A DNA stretch of 64,000 bases from Paramecium tetraurelia (Eukaryota). The stretch lies in NCBI GenBank assembly GCA_000165425.1, contig CT868130.1:62001-126000 (forward strand). Direction: 5' to 3'. The notes beneath the pieces are model-generated. The model did not search any database. It saw only the letters and a program-made list of their open reading frames with translations, and was not told the origin of the DNA. Position 1 is the first letter of the stretch, and each line of letters opens with the position of its first letter. Shown here piece after piece: positions 52,061-64,000 of the stretch. The translations under genes and the position numbers were made by a program.

Positions 52061-52443
52061 TAATTAATTTTATGATATCATTAAATAATAAAATGAGGTA
52101 ATGAGATTGCTCAATAGAGTCAACTCAATAATAAATTTTATTACACAAATTCAAATTGTTGTTATAACCATAAAATCTTAAATTGTATATATATATATAA
52201 TATTAAAATAATAATGGTGAAAAAATTTCATAAGTAAGGAAGGGAAAAATTCCACTCTTACTCCTGTTATTATAATCTAAATTATTGAAATTTTAATTGA
52301 AAATATACGATTATTATAGAATAAGTGAATTGCAAAAATTTTATGAACCATAATATATTACCTAGTGTTATACAAAAAACATCTATATTCCATATATTAG
52401 AATATATATTTGATCTATAAAATTAAACAATTCAATATATAAT

Positions 52444-61061
<8,618 letters not shown>

Positions 61062-61126
61062 TAATTATTTTAAGTTAACAAAAATAGATAATGTTATTAA
61101 TTATATTTTAAATTCTTTCAATATTA

Positions 61127-62611
61127 TCATTATATTTCAATTGCTTATTTAATAATTAGTTTTAAAGAAATTGGATTTGAGTATGCTATTAGCTTTCCAT
61201 CCTAAGTAACACTAAATGCATAGATTTCTTTTTCTTTTATAATCTCTGTCATTATATCAAACTTTCCATCCCTATTTAATTTAAAGATTTTAATTTGATT
61301 ACCTGTACAGCAAAATAATAAATTTTAGTGATGAATATAAGTTAATTTTGAAGTGAAAACACTCCAATAGTTTAGACCATTAAATTTAATTACTTATTTT
61401 TAATTAAACAAATAATTTGATTGAGATTATTCCCATATTTTGATTTCACTTTAATAACTTAAACTTGAAAACTTTTATTAGTTGATAAATGTAATATTAT
61501 TAATAGTCCTTTGATGAGCATTTAGAATTCTTTAAAATTTTTTAATAATTATTTTTTCAATATTTATATCCTAGTATTACCATATTGAGATATTTCCATC
61601 AAAGGTGCCAGAAACTAAATAATTTCCATTGTTTCCAGTCACATATGATAAATAATTGCTATTAAACTCAAAGTTATATTAACAACTCCAGTTATTAAAA
61701 GTATTTAAATACCAAAATTTTATACCATTTTTTTAGCTCGCTGTTATTATCTAACTATCATTTTATTATAGCATAATCGAACATATCGAATCTTGATGTC
61801 CTTGTATTAGTTATTCTAATTTCCATTTTCCATTTATCATCTTAACTATTCCGAACTAACCTAAAAGGTCATAGGTAATTAATAGATCTTAGAATTTACT
61901 GAATAAAATTCCTACTTATAGCGTGGCTGTCCACAGATTACATAAATATGTATAATTATTTTCTGAAAATTCCCAAAAATACAAGCCTTCAGAGGAGGAA
62001 GTCACCAATATATTACCATCATGGTTGAAGCCTGATGCATATACTTATTCAATTCGTTTCAAAACTTGTAATTTTTTGTAAAATTAATACTTTTACGAAA
62101 TGTTCTTATTTATTTGTTGATATTTTAGAAGATAATTAAGATAATTTTAATTTTCACAGGTATCCTTAAATTATTCTAAATTTCTTTGCACAATAAGCTA
62201 ATCTTTTTACGAAACTAAATTATTTAATTTTTCTATGCTTTGTAAGGTTAACTTGCTATTTTAATCAAAATTCCATTTTCTATTATTTTATAGTTAGTCT
62301 TCTATATTTCTAATTGAAAGATCAATATTTTCGATATCTGATGTAGCATCGTACTCGTTCACTTTGGAAAAGTCTTCAAACTAGACTCTTAGATTTTTCA
62401 ATTTTTAAGTTTTTTCTTAGATCTATTAATCAACCCAAACTTCTTCTTTACCCTTTTCCTCCTCCATTATCTATAGAGCATTATTAATTGTTAAATCGCC
62501 TTTATGACAGAGCCCCCATAAAAAGTTTAATCGTTCCTTTTCTATTTGATCTAAACCATATATTTAATTGTTTTTTTTCTCTTCAAGAAGTTGAAAATCT
62601 TATTAATTCAT
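61127..62611 (-). CDS. WD40-repeat protein with N-terminal coiled coil
   Basis: Intronless 494-aa frame; FNHDGNILVT, QGHQDSIC...IITASQKNGIKFW, YLVSGTFDGNISIW, AHQRTINNITF...IKIW. Confidence 0.85.
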
Positions 62612-62767
62612 AATCTTATTATTATTCTTTTACAAATATTTAATGATTCTAATAAATTCTAGAAAAACAATACATTTTTTTTTCTGATCATTATTTATAA
62701 AATAAATAATAAATAAGTTTCAATTGCTAATGTTATTTTAATAATATTTAAATTTCATAATCTGCCC

Positions 62768-63727
62768 ATGAGTAATTCATCAGATCCAAATACAAGAAAT
62801 TAAATGATTTAAAATGCAGTTCCAGAAGAAAAATATCGGAAGCCCAATCCTGTTGGTAATCACAAATGGGATGAAGAAAATTTTATCAATTTTTAAGTTA
62901 CGCAAAAAGGATAAGAAATTAAATTAGCAACTTACAGATGCAACATAACCGCATAATAACCAAAATCGATTACTGTATTTTTTCACGGTTTGAATGAGCA
63001 TCTTGGTTTATATGCTCATATAGCTTAGGCTGTAAGCAAATAAGCTAATAGTATTACAGTAGGATTTGATTTTAGAGGATTTGGAAAAAGCTAAGGAATT
63101 AGAGGCTGGCTTGAGTCAAGAGAGTAACTAGAAAATGATTGCATTCAATTTATATAAAAAATACGTAATCTTTATCCTGGTTTACCACTATTTACTTTGG
63201 GACAATCAATGGGAGGAATGGCTTCATATTTAATGGGGTAGTCCAATTAATGTGAAGGAACAATATTAATAACTCCAGCCATCATGGACAATCGATATAA
63301 TTAATCTTTTATGAAGTCCTTAGGTCTGATATTTGGAGCTTGTTGCCCGACATGGAATCCTTTTCCTCCAGTAAGATAGCCGGGATCACGAAATCCTCAA
63401 ATTTAAGAAGAAAATCTTAAAGATCCTTATTGTACTTTAGTGGCAGTGCTACCTGGAACAGGAAGAACATTGGTTTCAACTATGAGATCCCTTCCCCAAA
63501 CATTTTCTTCATATTAGAAACCATTTTTAGTGATTACTGCAGGCATGGATAAAGTCGTCGACCCTGATGTTGGCTAAGAACTAATGAAGTAAAGTCCCTC
63601 TTTAGACAAATAAATCATACACTGTGATTAGATGTGGCATAACTGTGTTCAAGAGGAAGAAATACTTGAACTTATCCCAAAAATTACAGAATGGATTTAA
63701 TAAAGATCTAAATAATAATTAGGATGA
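62768..63727 (+). CDS. Alpha/beta hydrolase, monoglyceride lipase/lysophospholipase-like
   Basis: VFFHGLNEH; GFDFRGFGKSQGIRG; nucleophile LGQSMGG; AGMDKVVDP; MWH; intronless 319 aa. Confidence 0.93.
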
Positions 63728-64000
63728 TTATTTATTACATCAAATATCCAAATCAGTATCTCTTTTTATTACTAATGATTTTACTATTTTTTAATAGTAT
63801 TTTAATCTTGCTTTAAGCATAGTTCAGCAAAGAAAAATTTAACATTTTGCTTTGGTAACCATATTTTATCAGAAAATTCGTTTTAATCATTCTTGATGTA
63901 TTTTTAATCTAAATTAATATTACTTATATCCACTTTCAATTACATTAAATTATACATCAAATTATAAAAATGAATAAATTCACTCTCAGGTTTAATCAGC

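Overview
AT-rich, very gene-dense ciliate macronuclear DNA, most likely Paramecium (species not determinable here). Three observations support this: TAA/TAG occur in frame throughout conserved proteins while genes end in TGA (genetic code 6); introns are about 21-34 nt GT(A)...(T/A/C)AG; and a trichocyst matrix protein gene is present. The supplied ORF track uses the standard code, so it shows only fragments and antisense noise. Manual code-6 translation gives about 37 protein-coding genes. These include TMP, VAMP7-like, GPR180/TMEM145-like, a TM RING-H2 ligase, NBR1-like, TTL-like, two MFS transporters, an LRR protein, PSMB5, a dead M16 peptidase, ERD2, ACOT9-like, TIM17, PPT1, a kinase, roadblock, COQ3, p28/DNALI1, a GPI-type surface protein, a 2-TM channel-like protein, a cNMP-binding protein, two giant type-I membrane paralogs, two tandem ABCC genes, a WD40 protein and an alpha/beta hydrolase. 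I found no tRNA, rRNA, transposon, telomeric tract, retained IES or CRISPR array by eye. The most notable signals are divergent start codons only 7-14 bp apart around a TAATTA core, patchwork homogenisation of the ABCC NBDs, and several unusual protein architectures. There is also a possible 74-nt intronised exon, and three single-base frameshifts that are probably assembly indels. All family calls come from manual motif recognition, with no database search. CDS coordinates are start-to-stop spans including introns.
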